A DNA stretch of 62,943 nucleotides, counting the filler, from Trichomonas gallinae (Eukaryota): the NCBI GenBank assembly GCA_008369845.1. It is 11 parts of 11 records of this genome, joined end to end, with 100 filler letters (N's around TTAATTAATTAA, not from the genome) between each part and the next. Parts side by side here need not be neighbours in the genome. Positions count along the whole stretch, not along the records: positions 19,725 to 22,575 come from MRSU01000267.1; positions 22,676 to 25,809 come from MRSU01000271.1; positions 25,910 to 51,413 come from MRSU01000272.1; 8 more parts are not named here. One strand, written 5' to 3'. The position numbers were made by a program, and so were the translations under genes. Numbering within the stretch: position 1 is the first letter of the stretch; each line of letters opens with the position of its first letter. The notes under the pieces were generated by a model. That model was not told where the DNA came from. It saw only the letters and a list, made by a program, of their open reading frames with translations, and ran no database searches. Of this stretch, positions 21,128 to 31,200 are shown piece after piece.

Positions 21128-22033
21128 ATGCAAACGAATAAAGAAAGAAAAATGACATTACACTTACCATATAATCAGACAGAAAACGATATGCTTAAAA
21201 AAATTCATGAAATACCACGTTGTAGCTATAAATGCATTAGTTGCACTGATATCAGTCATTGCACACGATGTTATGATGATTACCATCTTTATGATGAAAA
21301 ATGCCACGAATGTGATCAATCATGTGAAATATGTAATTCTCCATCTTGGTGCGCTCAATGTTTTAATGATCATTATTTGTATAGAGGGATCTGCTACTCA
21401 TCGAATCCTACTGGGGCATATTGTTTGAAACCTGCATTTCGACTTTATTATGAATGCTCTTCTTGCCCTGAACAATGTCAATTTTGTTCAGATGGAACTA
21501 CATGTTACAGTTGCTATTCTGGATATAAACTTCATAAAGGAAAATGCGTTCGAACATGTCCGGAAGGCACTTATGATACAGGAAGCAATTGCTATGATTG
21601 CAGTTCAAGTTGCCAGAGTTGCTTAAACAGTTCTTTTTGTACAAAATGTTACCCTAATTTTAAGCATTACAAAGGTAGTTGCCTTCCATCCTGTCCAGCA
21701 GGAAAGTTTACCTCAGGTGATCATTGCATTGATTGTGGACAGAATTGCAAAACATGTGCTAGTCAACAACATTGCAGTGAATGTGATGACAGTTATAAGA
21801 TGTTTGACAACTCATGCTATTCACAATGTCCAGAAAGAACATTTCCTAGTCAAAATTCATGCTTAAACTGCTCTTATAATTGTTCAAAGTGCATTAGCAA
21901 AGATAGATGCGAAATATGTGACAAAGGTTTTTCACTATACAAAGGTTCATGTAAAATAACAAAAACCAAATGTTATCATAAGGAAAGTTGTTTGTTTTCG
22001 GCATTAATTAGAGCTTATTCAAATTTTAAGTGA
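21128..22033 (+). CDS. Furin-like cysteine-rich (CXXC) repeat protein
   Basis: Repeated CxxCxxxCxxC...CxxCxxxY units; no evident signal peptide or TM segment. Confidence 0.8.
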   Translation: MQTNKERKMTLHLPYNQTENDMLKKIHEIPRCSYKCISCTDISHCTRCYDDYHLYDEKCHECDQSCEICNSPSWCAQCFNDHYLYRGICYSSNPTGAYCLKPAFRLYYECSSCPEQCQFCSDGTTCYSCYSGYKLHKGKCVRTCPEGTYDTGSNCYDCSSSCQSCLNSSFCTKCYPNFKHYKGSCLPSCPAGKFTSGDHCIDCGQNCKTCASQQHCSECDDSYKMFDNSCYSQCPERTFPSQNSCLNCSYNCSKCISKDRCEICDKGFSLYKGSCKITKTKCYHKESCLFSALIRAYSNFK

Positions 22034-22281
22034 ATTCACTTAATTATCCAATATTTGAAAAAGAATGATAGAATGATAGATGTCTTAGAACTTTTGGAAA
22101 TGATATCACTCCAATATTCTAGCATCATGACTTATTTTTTAATATTTAGTGAGCGCATATCAATCTAAATTATCTATTTTTGAGTGAAGCGAAAAAATGA
22201 GATTATGAAATACGTTGAAGCCGTTGATGTATTTTTATCGAAACAAAATCTTTAATAATATTTTTGAAATCATTCTTGGAG

Positions 22282-22575
22282 TGTTTTAGCTGTCAAATAG
22301 GGTAATTTTACAATGTCAGATTGTCAGATTTATCTTTCAAAATTCGAAAGAATTACATTATTAAAAGTGACATGAAAAGTTGGTTGTCATGTTAATTATG
22401 ACATGTCATTTTTTAAAAAACAGGGGGGAGTATTCAAAAGTTGATTGAATATTGTGTAATCTTAAAGAACACGATTTTGGTTAGCTCCCAGAAATGTACC
22501 TCGGAGGTTTGAAAATCTGAATTTTGGATCCATTCTTCGTATATATGGGCCACAGACCATATGGATACTCCCATT
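22282..22575. repeat. Dispersed structured repeat, copy 1 (runs into gap)
   Basis: 22282-22490 aligns at high identity to 51017-51179 apart from a ~46-bp insertion. Confidence 0.85.
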
Positions 22576-22675
22576 NNNNNNNNNNNNNNNNNNNNNNNNN
22601 NNNNNNNNNNNNNNNNNNNTTAATTAATTAANNNNNNNNNNNNNNNNNNNNNNNNNNNNNNNNNNNNNNNNNNNN
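22576..22675. other. Artificial contig linker
   Basis: Same spacer. Confidence 0.97.
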
Positions 22676-22979
22676 TATAATATCGTGTATGTACATATAG
22701 TATATAGACAAAGTTTGGAGCAAAAATACCAAAAAAACCTGGTTTCTACACCTCTTTTGAGAATGTCATATTTATATTAAAATTTCACTTTTTCTATAAT
22801 TTACAAGACATTTTTAAATTAGTCACTTTTCTATTTTGACACTTTTTATTTGGGTCACTTTTCAACGAATTAACCTTATTTAGCTAAACACGAAATATAG
22901 CATTTCCATGTGATAGATAATCCAAAAATCACGCAAAAACAAAAAATAAATTTTGGCGCCAAAAACTAAAAAAAAATTA

Positions 22980-24875
22980 ATGCGCGTCCAAATACTTTCT
23001 CCGATTGACAGATGTATTGACATCCCTTTAGACGCGAATGCGACGGTGCTCGATATCAAGCGCCACGTTGCTAAGATCACGTCACTCGCCGCTTCAAATT
23101 TAGACATTTATTATAATTCTGCTAGAATGAACGATGAAGATTCGCTCAAAGACATCTCGTCCGTCATCTGCCACGTCGTCGACAGCCAACCAACAAACGA
23201 AAACGTTGAAAGCGTAGCTCCTTCTGATTATAGTTTATCTCTACAGGAAATCATGAAGCTGGGCTACGAGGAGACCACAGCGAGCTACACGCTAATGAAA
23301 TGCAAGTTTGACCTCGACAAAGCCATTTGTTTGCTTAAAGAAAAGCAGGTAGAGCAGAAATCTCCACAAGCTGCTTTCCCAGTCAACTTAGAGGAAACTG
23401 AGAACCTCGGGGCCGCATATGTCTCACTCAAGAGCAAATACCCAATATTATTCGAGCCAATTCCGCACGACGCCGATATTAATGATTATATCAAATTCCT
23501 GAACGATTCCCTCCCAGAATTCGAAATCCTCGACGTCTGCAGCTTGGTCAAATCCTTCATTGACAACGAATACAACATCTACTCGACAAGCCGCAAATTT
23601 CCAAGCTTCCGAGTTGGTTATCTCGAATATGTCCTCTATTGGGTCATCAAATCGATAACAGAACGCCAAGTTCAGTCCCAATCTAGCTGGAGCATGGCTG
23701 AAAATCGTTTTATTTTCGAGATGTCGGCGATTGGACATGATTTCAGGGAATTGGATGCCATTCTCCGCACTGATGGAAGAAATAAGACTGATGAGCACAA
23801 AAATACAATTCGCAAGACATTAAAACGTTCTTGGATTTTGCCGAGATTTTTGGAGCAGTTTCCAGTCCTTCCAGAGCTTAAGTCTGGCTATACTGACGAT
23901 GGAGTTCCAGTTTATCTCCCTGACTTGGTCAGCCAGATCCACAAGAAGCCGAAACAAATCGATGAAGACAGATTAATCGAAGAAGTGCTCCAAAACAAGG
24001 AGATTTTCCCTGTATTCAGACGCGAGCTCGCTAAAATCGCCGAGAAACTGCTCACAACCGACAAACCACAGAAAATCAAAAACATTCCCCCGCAAACAGT
24101 TGAAGAAGTGCCAGAAATTCCGATCTATATGCCTGACGAGCAGCCAAACCAGAAGTTTGAAGAGCACCAATCCCGCTCAAACTGGCCAGCAGAGGAGGAT
24201 CAGTTGTTACTCAACAAATACGCAGAAACTATGTCGTACAAAGGCAACAGGTGGGACTACATCCGCAGATTCCTTCCAAAGAGGACTCCAAAGTCGATTT
24301 ATTCGCATTTTAGAATTCTCTCTTGGGAAATTAAGAGTGATAAACGCCCAGAACTCATTGTCCCGCCGGCCGTTTTGGAGGAGGTCATGAAGAACACGGT
24401 TTACTCGGAAGAACAGAAGCAATTTAGCGAGTTAACCGAAATGGTTGATATTGTCGAGGCAATCCAGGTCTACTACGAGCAGAACGGCAACTGGAACATC
24501 ATCTCAAGGAGAATGCCGCAGTTCAAGGGCGGATACATCGCTTACATCCTTTACTACGTTTGCACTTCTCTTAAGAAGACAAGACGCACAAAGACGTGGT
24601 CGATGGCGGAGCTCCGCTTCCTGCTCGAGAAGAGGGTCGATGGCGTCCCAGTCCAGGACATCTCTGGCCTTCTCGCGAACAAATCTCCAAAACAAGTCGA
24701 CACGAAGCGCACACAGATCTATACGACGATCAAACAGTCTCCTTACCTGAAACAGTTCGCGGAATTCGTTGGAAAGGTAGATAAGGACGGTGCTATTTAT
24801 GATGAAAACGGAATTCCTTCGTATTTGCCTCCGCTGATCGAGAAATTCAAGACAGAGATCCGTATTGTTGAATAA
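22980..24875 (+). CDS. UBL-UBA-Myb/SANT multidomain protein
   Basis: N-terminal UBL (ATVLDIKRHV..IYYNSARMNDEDSL), UBA (LQEIMKLGYEE..FDLDKAICLL), Myb repeat (NWPAEEDQLLL..RWDYIRRFLPKRTPKSIYSHF), and a duplicated WSMAE module. Confidence 0.75.
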   Translation: MRVQILSPIDRCIDIPLDANATVLDIKRHVAKITSLAASNLDIYYNSARMNDEDSLKDISSVICHVVDSQPTNENVESVAPSDYSLSLQEIMKLGYEETTASYTLMKCKFDLDKAICLLKEKQVEQKSPQAAFPVNLEETENLGAAYVSLKSKYPILFEPIPHDADINDYIKFLNDSLPEFEILDVCSLVKSFIDNEYNIYSTSRKFPSFRVGYLEYVLYWVIKSITERQVQSQSSWSMAENRFIFEMSAIGHDFRELDAILRTDGRNKTDEHKNTIRKTLKRSWILPRFLEQFPVLPELKSGYTDDGVPVYLPDLVSQIHKKPKQIDEDRLIEEVLQNKEIFPVFRRELAKIAEKLLTTDKPQKIKNIPPQTVEEVPEIPIYMPDEQPNQKFEEHQSRSNWPAEEDQLLLNKYAETMSYKGNRWDYIRRFLPKRTPKSIYSHFRILSWEIKSDKRPELIVPPAVLEEVMKNTVYSEEQKQFSELTEMVDIVEAIQVYYEQNGNWNIISRRMPQFKGGYIAYILYYVCTSLKKTRRTKTWSMAELRFLLEKRVDGVPVQDISGLLANKSPKQVDTKRTQIYTTIKQSPYLKQFAEFVGKVDKDGAIYDENGIPSYLPPLIEKFKTEIRIVE

Positions 24876-25734
24876 ATAATAAACATTATGTTTGAGTCAA
24901 TGTTCTTCGGCTTTTTAATATTTTATTTTCAATTTCATTACTTTTTAGATTGATAAAATTACTATTATTTGGCTATATATTACATTTACATTATTGATTT
25001 TGTTCAATTGTTAAAATCGAAAATGATCGTAAAAATAATGTGATTTTTTGCATTTTTCCATAATAATTTAGAATATACTAGTGCAATGTGATTGATTGCA
25101 AATGATCTGAATTTAATCGGGCAAGATTAGCAAAATTTTGAAAATCGATAAACAATACTTTGTTGTTTAGATCAAGGATTTCTTATTTATCTAAGTTATA
25201 TTTTAGATTTATTAGATTATAAAGTCATAAAAAGACAAAAAATTATTTGGATAGTGAAAAAACTAGAGTTTTCCTCATTTTGATATTAAATTCATATTAT
25301 ATATGATTAAATCAACAGTTTGGAACAATGTCATGAAAATCAATACAAAAAAACGAAAATATGAAATTTAAACAAAATCGCATATAAAATTGTTTAATTG
25401 TTATATTTTAATAGCATAACAATTGAATATTAATAATTCGTGTCCAAAACTAAGAAACAGCGTTGTTACACGAAAATCAAAATTGAGTGTCAAACGTTGT
25501 GACTGATTTAACAGTATAAATGGCATACCTAGACATAACAATATTGAATTAACAACTTATTTCTCTAAAATAGACATTTAATGTTGATGATTATTTCGGC
25601 GGTTATAGAATATTCATAAAACTTCATAAAATATTATGTCCTTTTACATTTTTATAAGTGATAGTAATAATATACAGCATTGATCACAGGGTTTGATAAT
25701 ATCTTGAAGAAAAGGCACGATATTAAATCTATAC

Positions 25735-26030
25735 TGTCCCCCGTTTTTCTGATGTCAGACAGCTTTTTCGATACGTATTCAATTTCTTGGGACCCAAAGT
25801 GGCAGGACANNNNNNNNNNNNNNNNNNNNNNNNNNNNNNNNNNNNNNNNNNNNTTAATTAATTAANNNNNNNNNNNNNNNNNNNNNNNNNNNNNNNNNNN
25901 NNNNNNNNNTTGAGAACAGCAGCGATAACCATGACCGAGGCCGAAAAAGTGAGCTTTTTAATAACGTACAAACCTCCGGGGGACATTTGGAGAAACTATC
26001 ATTTATTGGATTTTACAGCCAAAAATAGGC
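25735..26030. repeat. Repeat or element ends around a gap, related to the 22282 repeat family
   Basis: 9-bp IR TGTCCCCCG/CGGGGGACA on either side of the gap. Reverse complement of 25969-25988 matches 22492-22511 at 18/20. TTTTGGCTGTAAAAT (minus strand) resembles TTTTAGCTGTCAAAT. Confidence 0.4.
25810..25909. other. Artificial contig linker
   Basis: Same spacer. Confidence 0.97.
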
Positions 26031-26448
26031 AGCATTAATGTGGTATTTCATTGATAGATGATTTTGGAAAAATTCCAAAATTGAAAGACGGTGATTGTTG
26101 TTTTTTTATAGGTTCGAAATTGAAGTGACTAAAATAAGTCTCCACCTGCTGTCTGTTTAGAAGATAATTTTCAAATCGTTGCAATCAAAAAACGAAAAAT
26201 GAAAATTGAAAAAACGAAAATTATATTTAATAGAAGATAACAAAGAAAATTTTCAACTTTTAAAGTTTGGATAAATTTAAATGAAATTTGACAACACAGA
26301 AAAATTCAATAGTTTACAATAGTCAATTGAGAAGTTTTAAAATTTTCGAATTCGCTTTATTGTAAATATTATGTGTTTTCGATTATCTTTGTTTGATAAT
26401 AAAATATTTTTGAAATGTTTACAAAATTTTTGAGAAGATAAATCACAA

Positions 26449-27639
26449 ATGGGAAAAGAACACAGTATTCCCGCAAATATTTATCCTACTGGGTATATAG
26501 ACCCAGAATCTTATGCTCCAATGGGTGGTACTCGTCTTGATGATAACAACGACTTGCAAATCGATGTTTATACTCCTGTGAGCGGTTTCAGTGTTGTGCA
26601 CAATGCAAGGCTTTTAAAGCCGGGTTTTCAAAGTGTTTGGTCTATAATGATTCCAAGTGGAGACAGCCCGGTCGAAAGGACCTCTTATTGGTCGGCATAT
26701 GATAAATCATCTGATAGATTGTACATCGGATATGGTATTGATGCTGAACAGAACTCACTCAATGATGTTTGGGGCTTTGATTTCAATTTGCAGCGCTGGG
26801 CAAGAATTCCAGTTACAGGAGAAGAAGTTTTGCCAAGATCTGGCACAAAAGCTACAATATATTCGCATTATATCCTCCTTTTCGGAGGTTTCAACAACAA
26901 TACTTATTATTCTGATTTCCATGTTATCGATCTCGAAACATTTGTATGCAGCAGACCGAAATTATCTGGAACATTGCCAACACCAAGAACTGCGCCGCTA
27001 TTTTATGCCAAAGATAACAAAGTTTACCTTTGGGGCGGATATAATCAAGAATGGCCTTCCGAACTTTACATTTTGGACTTGAAAGACCTTCAGTGGCGAA
27101 TGTATCCAATGGACCTCACAGGTAGAACCGGTTTTCCTATCTGCCCAATAGGAAATAAAATTTATATTGTTGGTGGCTCAAAAGTAAAGAATGGAGGCTA
27201 CCTTATATTCGATACAGAGACAAACAGAATACAGATCAACCAAGCAACAGGTTTAGAAGTAAATTCGCAAATTATTAATTCATCAGCTGTTGCAGTCGGC
27301 CCAGTCATTTTACAGTATGGAGGACGATCGGATGATCCATATTGCTTCATTTACGCTCTACATCTCACGCGAAAAACTTGGTTTATGTTTCATGTTATTC
27401 CTGACGGAGAAACAGCTTCAACAGCCGATGGAAAAGTCACTGAAGCTGGGCTTTTCAAGGTTCCGAGAGCTTTAGGAATCAGTTTGATTTACAGAGAAAA
27501 TGAAAGAGCAATTTATGGCCTTCTTGGATTGTCTGGAACTGCTCCACCTCCAATTTTCAAGTTACAAGTTTTGTATCCTATTGCTTTTATTAATCATCAA
27601 GATGATATGCTTCAAATGTTTAAGATTCAACAGAAATGA
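26449..27639 (+). CDS. Kelch-repeat beta-propeller protein
   Basis: Repeats PRSG..ILLFGG..SDFHVID, PRTA..VYLWGG..ELYILD..W, IYIVGG. Confidence 0.88.
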   Translation: MGKEHSIPANIYPTGYIDPESYAPMGGTRLDDNNDLQIDVYTPVSGFSVVHNARLLKPGFQSVWSIMIPSGDSPVERTSYWSAYDKSSDRLYIGYGIDAEQNSLNDVWGFDFNLQRWARIPVTGEEVLPRSGTKATIYSHYILLFGGFNNNTYYSDFHVIDLETFVCSRPKLSGTLPTPRTAPLFYAKDNKVYLWGGYNQEWPSELYILDLKDLQWRMYPMDLTGRTGFPICPIGNKIYIVGGSKVKNGGYLIFDTETNRIQINQATGLEVNSQIINSSAVAVGPVILQYGGRSDDPYCFIYALHLTRKTWFMFHVIPDGETASTADGKVTEAGLFKVPRALGISLIYRENERAIYGLLGLSGTAPPPIFKLQVLYPIAFINHQDDMLQMFKIQQK

Positions 27640-27779
27640 TTAAAAATTTATTTGTTTATTTAGAATATGAGTCAATCATTTATTAACAACAGTAAAATAT
27701 ACAAATTCACGCTAAAAAATTTCAAAATTTCGAAAACATTGAATTGGATCTATTTTATGAGGTGCACTTTGCTTTTAAG

Positions 27780-28192
27780 AATGATTAATCTCTATTTTTT
27801 ATCATAACACATGTATTTTTTTAAATAAATTCAATTTGAAATATAAATCTTTATAGTGATTAAAAACTGAGAATTTTTGTGTTTATATACAGTAGTAATA
27901 CATTATTATGCTAACTAATACATGTAATTAATCATATATACATCAACATTGTTGAAAAAATATGGAATTGGATTAATATTATGAGATGCAACTTACTTCT
28001 GACAATGACTAATCTTCGTTTTTAATCATCACAAATGTATTTATTTGAATAAATTCAATTTGCAATAAATTTCTTTTAAATGATTCAAAAACGAGAAAAT
28101 TTATGTTTATATACTTCTATACTACATTATTATGCTAACTAACACATGCTATTAATCATATAAAATTCAACATTTAAAAATATGGATTTGGA
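27780..28192. repeat. Two diverged tandem copies (~224-bp period)
   Basis: 27780-27972 vs 28004-28192 share blocks such as AATAAATTCAATTTG and TACATTATTATGCTAACTAA. Confidence 0.85.
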
Positions 28193-28283
28193 AAAAGATT
28201 TTCATGTTAATGTTTACATTTAGTGTTCTATTAAAATTTATCAGTGTGATTTTATTATAATTTTGTTATTTGTTTTTTAACGC

Positions 28284-31200
28284 ATGGATCCTGATCTTAA
28301 AGCAAAGCTAGCTGCTATTAAGATTCAGTCAGTATTCAGAGGATTCATGTACAGATCTAGTGTTAAACTAGGTTTGAAGAAAAACAGAGCAGCAATTATT
28401 ATACAAAAAAATTTTCGAAAATTTCGAGCGAGAGTCATATTAGAGCGATTGAAACAGACAATATCACTCGGAAGGATTCAGAAAGCTGTCTCTGTTGTCA
28501 AGAAAAAACGTGAAATTCAAAAAGAGATAAATCATCTAAAGAAATTCGATCACATTCTTACATATTATCCAGCAAAATCAATAAACAATCCTGAATCACT
28601 TCCAAAAATACCAAAAACTCTAACAATGACTAAAAGGCCGAAAACAGCTTTAAGTTCTGGCCGAAAATCAGCTTCAAGCCACATAGAATCCAATGCAAAA
28701 ACAGCTAGAAAAGAAGTACAGAAATCATCTACAACAGTAAGATCGTTATTAGCATCGAGCAAACCAAAATCAACGAGAAAACGCAAAATATTAGTTAATT
28801 TACCTCCTCCTTGGCATGAAAAGGATCCAAAAAGAGTTTCACAGGCTCAACAAGATGAAATGATGTTTCAACAAAAAAATAATTTTGCTTGGGCGAAACA
28901 GGATTTAATTTCAACACTAATGAAACGTGCTGACCCAAGAATGAAGCTAGTTGATGACTTGTGGGCCAAAAATGAGAAATTTAAACAAAGGAAAGTTGGA
29001 AAATTATTCATTCATTTGGTTCCGCGTGCTTTCCATCATTTACATATTCAATCGGCCCAATCTATAACAAGAATCAATGGAAGTGGCATTTTCGCTGTCT
29101 CATCTCTAACAAAAGTAAATTATTTCAAAATCAAAGGAACAATTGAAGATTCTCATCCTTTTAATTATGTAATATCTAACATTCCTTTATTTGACTCCAT
29201 AATCAATCCATCAAACGGCAACGTTTTTGGCATCGACTGTTATTGGCGACTTTGTTTTTTCGAGGGTCCGAAAGTTGTTTTATCGAAGAAACTAGAAGTA
29301 GACATGAGGATTCCTGTTCTCTCTCATTTCATGCACTTCGACAGGCATGGAATGCTATGGATAAATCTTTTCCCACAGCGAGGAGACTTGATTTGCGTTG
29401 ATCCTTTGACTTTAGAAACACATTATAAAATCATCTTCGAAAATGTCGTCAGAACAAATCCATACATATCACACTGCATTCAAATCATCCCTGTTTATGT
29501 CAACGGAAACATTCTAGGATTCGCAGGAACATTCGTTGACAGAGGATTGATGATTTTTTCATTCGACTTTTTGCAAAAAAGAGAATTTATTCACAGAAAT
29601 CTTGAAAAATATTCATTCATGAAGCAAATCGGCAACAAACTCTACTTGTGGTCATCGAAACGCTACATCGTTGTCTACGAATTGCAGCCGCAGATCCCAC
29701 TGACGGAAGTTTGCGGTCTAATAAATGTTCAGGATCAAATTCTCGCTGTTGACGGAATAACTGATCCTGACCTATTAATGGTTTCAACATCAGCAGGAAT
29801 CAAACTTTATTTGACAAAGAAAAACGAGGTCCAATTAAATTATCCCACATCGAAAATGTCGGCTCAAGAATTAAAGTTTGCTCATAAGTTATTAGGTCCT
29901 CCAGAATTCACTAAATCACGATGCGACTTCAGTTTGATTTTAATTATTCCATCGTCACAGATTTATAATGTTATAAATATCTCGAAAATCTCATCGAAGC
30001 TTGCATTCATTTGCATGATATCAGGAACAGGCTCAGTTGTTTCTTATCTACTTGCAGCCGAGTTTTTCCAAACGAGAGCAGTTGATTTTGATAGTTATGA
30101 GTTTGACGACAAAGAAGAATTTGCACTACAGACAGTCAGAGAGTTTAGCAGGTGTTTTAAGGAAATCGAAGAAATTGATGCAGATCTTAAGCACAAAAAA
30201 GCAAAAGCAGAATATTTCGATGCGAAAATTACTGAAGGAATGCTTTCGTTAATGTTTTCTGAGTCAAAGAGGAAATTTTCGTTAATTGACGCAATAACTA
30301 ATTTCGATGTGAGATCAACAAATGCCTTTCTTCCACCAATTCCTCCGAAATCTCTTTCTGTATATGAAATGTTCCACTTTTTCATGCGCGCTGATATCCT
30401 TCCAACGCCTTTGATTTCTTTTTCTCCTTTTTTGGTTAGATTTTGTCGAACTAAAATCAAGCCCGAAAGTCCTCCATCGAGATTCGTTGAGCGGCCAATT
30501 CCGCTGATCACTTCTGGCGTCTACAATTGCATCACAGACCAGTTTTTCACTCTCAAAGAAGTTCAAAACAAAATCGATGAAGTGAATCCTGTCGCAAGAT
30601 TGAAGCAGCTCGCATCAAAATATGTTATATCAGATATCAGCGCGTTAACCTCCCAAAAGATGGTCGGCAGCAAGTCTTTCTTCGTGAGCGATCAAATTGG
30701 TCAACTGAACAAAAGAATATCAAAACTATCGAAACTGGAAGATATCGTGAAACATGAAATTCTCAAAAGATTGTTGGAAGGAATTTATTCAAGATTGCTT
30801 CAGCAAATAAACTTGAATACAAGTGCAGAACAAGAAGCTGCACTTCTCAACAGAATTCGTCCACAAGTATCAACAGAAATGCAATTAATCAAACAAAAAG
30901 ATGTCGATCACGTTGATTTCTATCCAACCCCAAACAGAAACCCACTTCTCGAAATCAAACGTCATAAATCAATATACGAATGCTGGTCGAACAAGCAGCT
31001 TTTTGGAAGAGACAACGATTCTCACAATTTCCTGATGAAATGGGTTCTTCCACGTGGATATTTCGACAACAGCGCTGTTGAAAATCACTTCAAGTTCGTT
31101 ACAAACGTCGCTAACAGCGCGCATTACATTTCAACACTTGTTTACGGTTACAAAACAGATGTTCAGAACGCTACAACACATATTGTTGTCACTCAAAACA

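Noticed and set aside
22421..22470. GGGGGGAGTAT..CTTAAAG resembling an SSU rRNA conserved segment
   Set aside because: The rest of the conserved rRNA context (CGCAAG, GGAATTGACGG) is absent.
28138..28149. ACTAACACATG resembling the trichomonad intron branch-point/3' splice motif
   Set aside because: Lacks the terminal AG and lies in a non-coding tandem repeat; no introns could be supported in the window.
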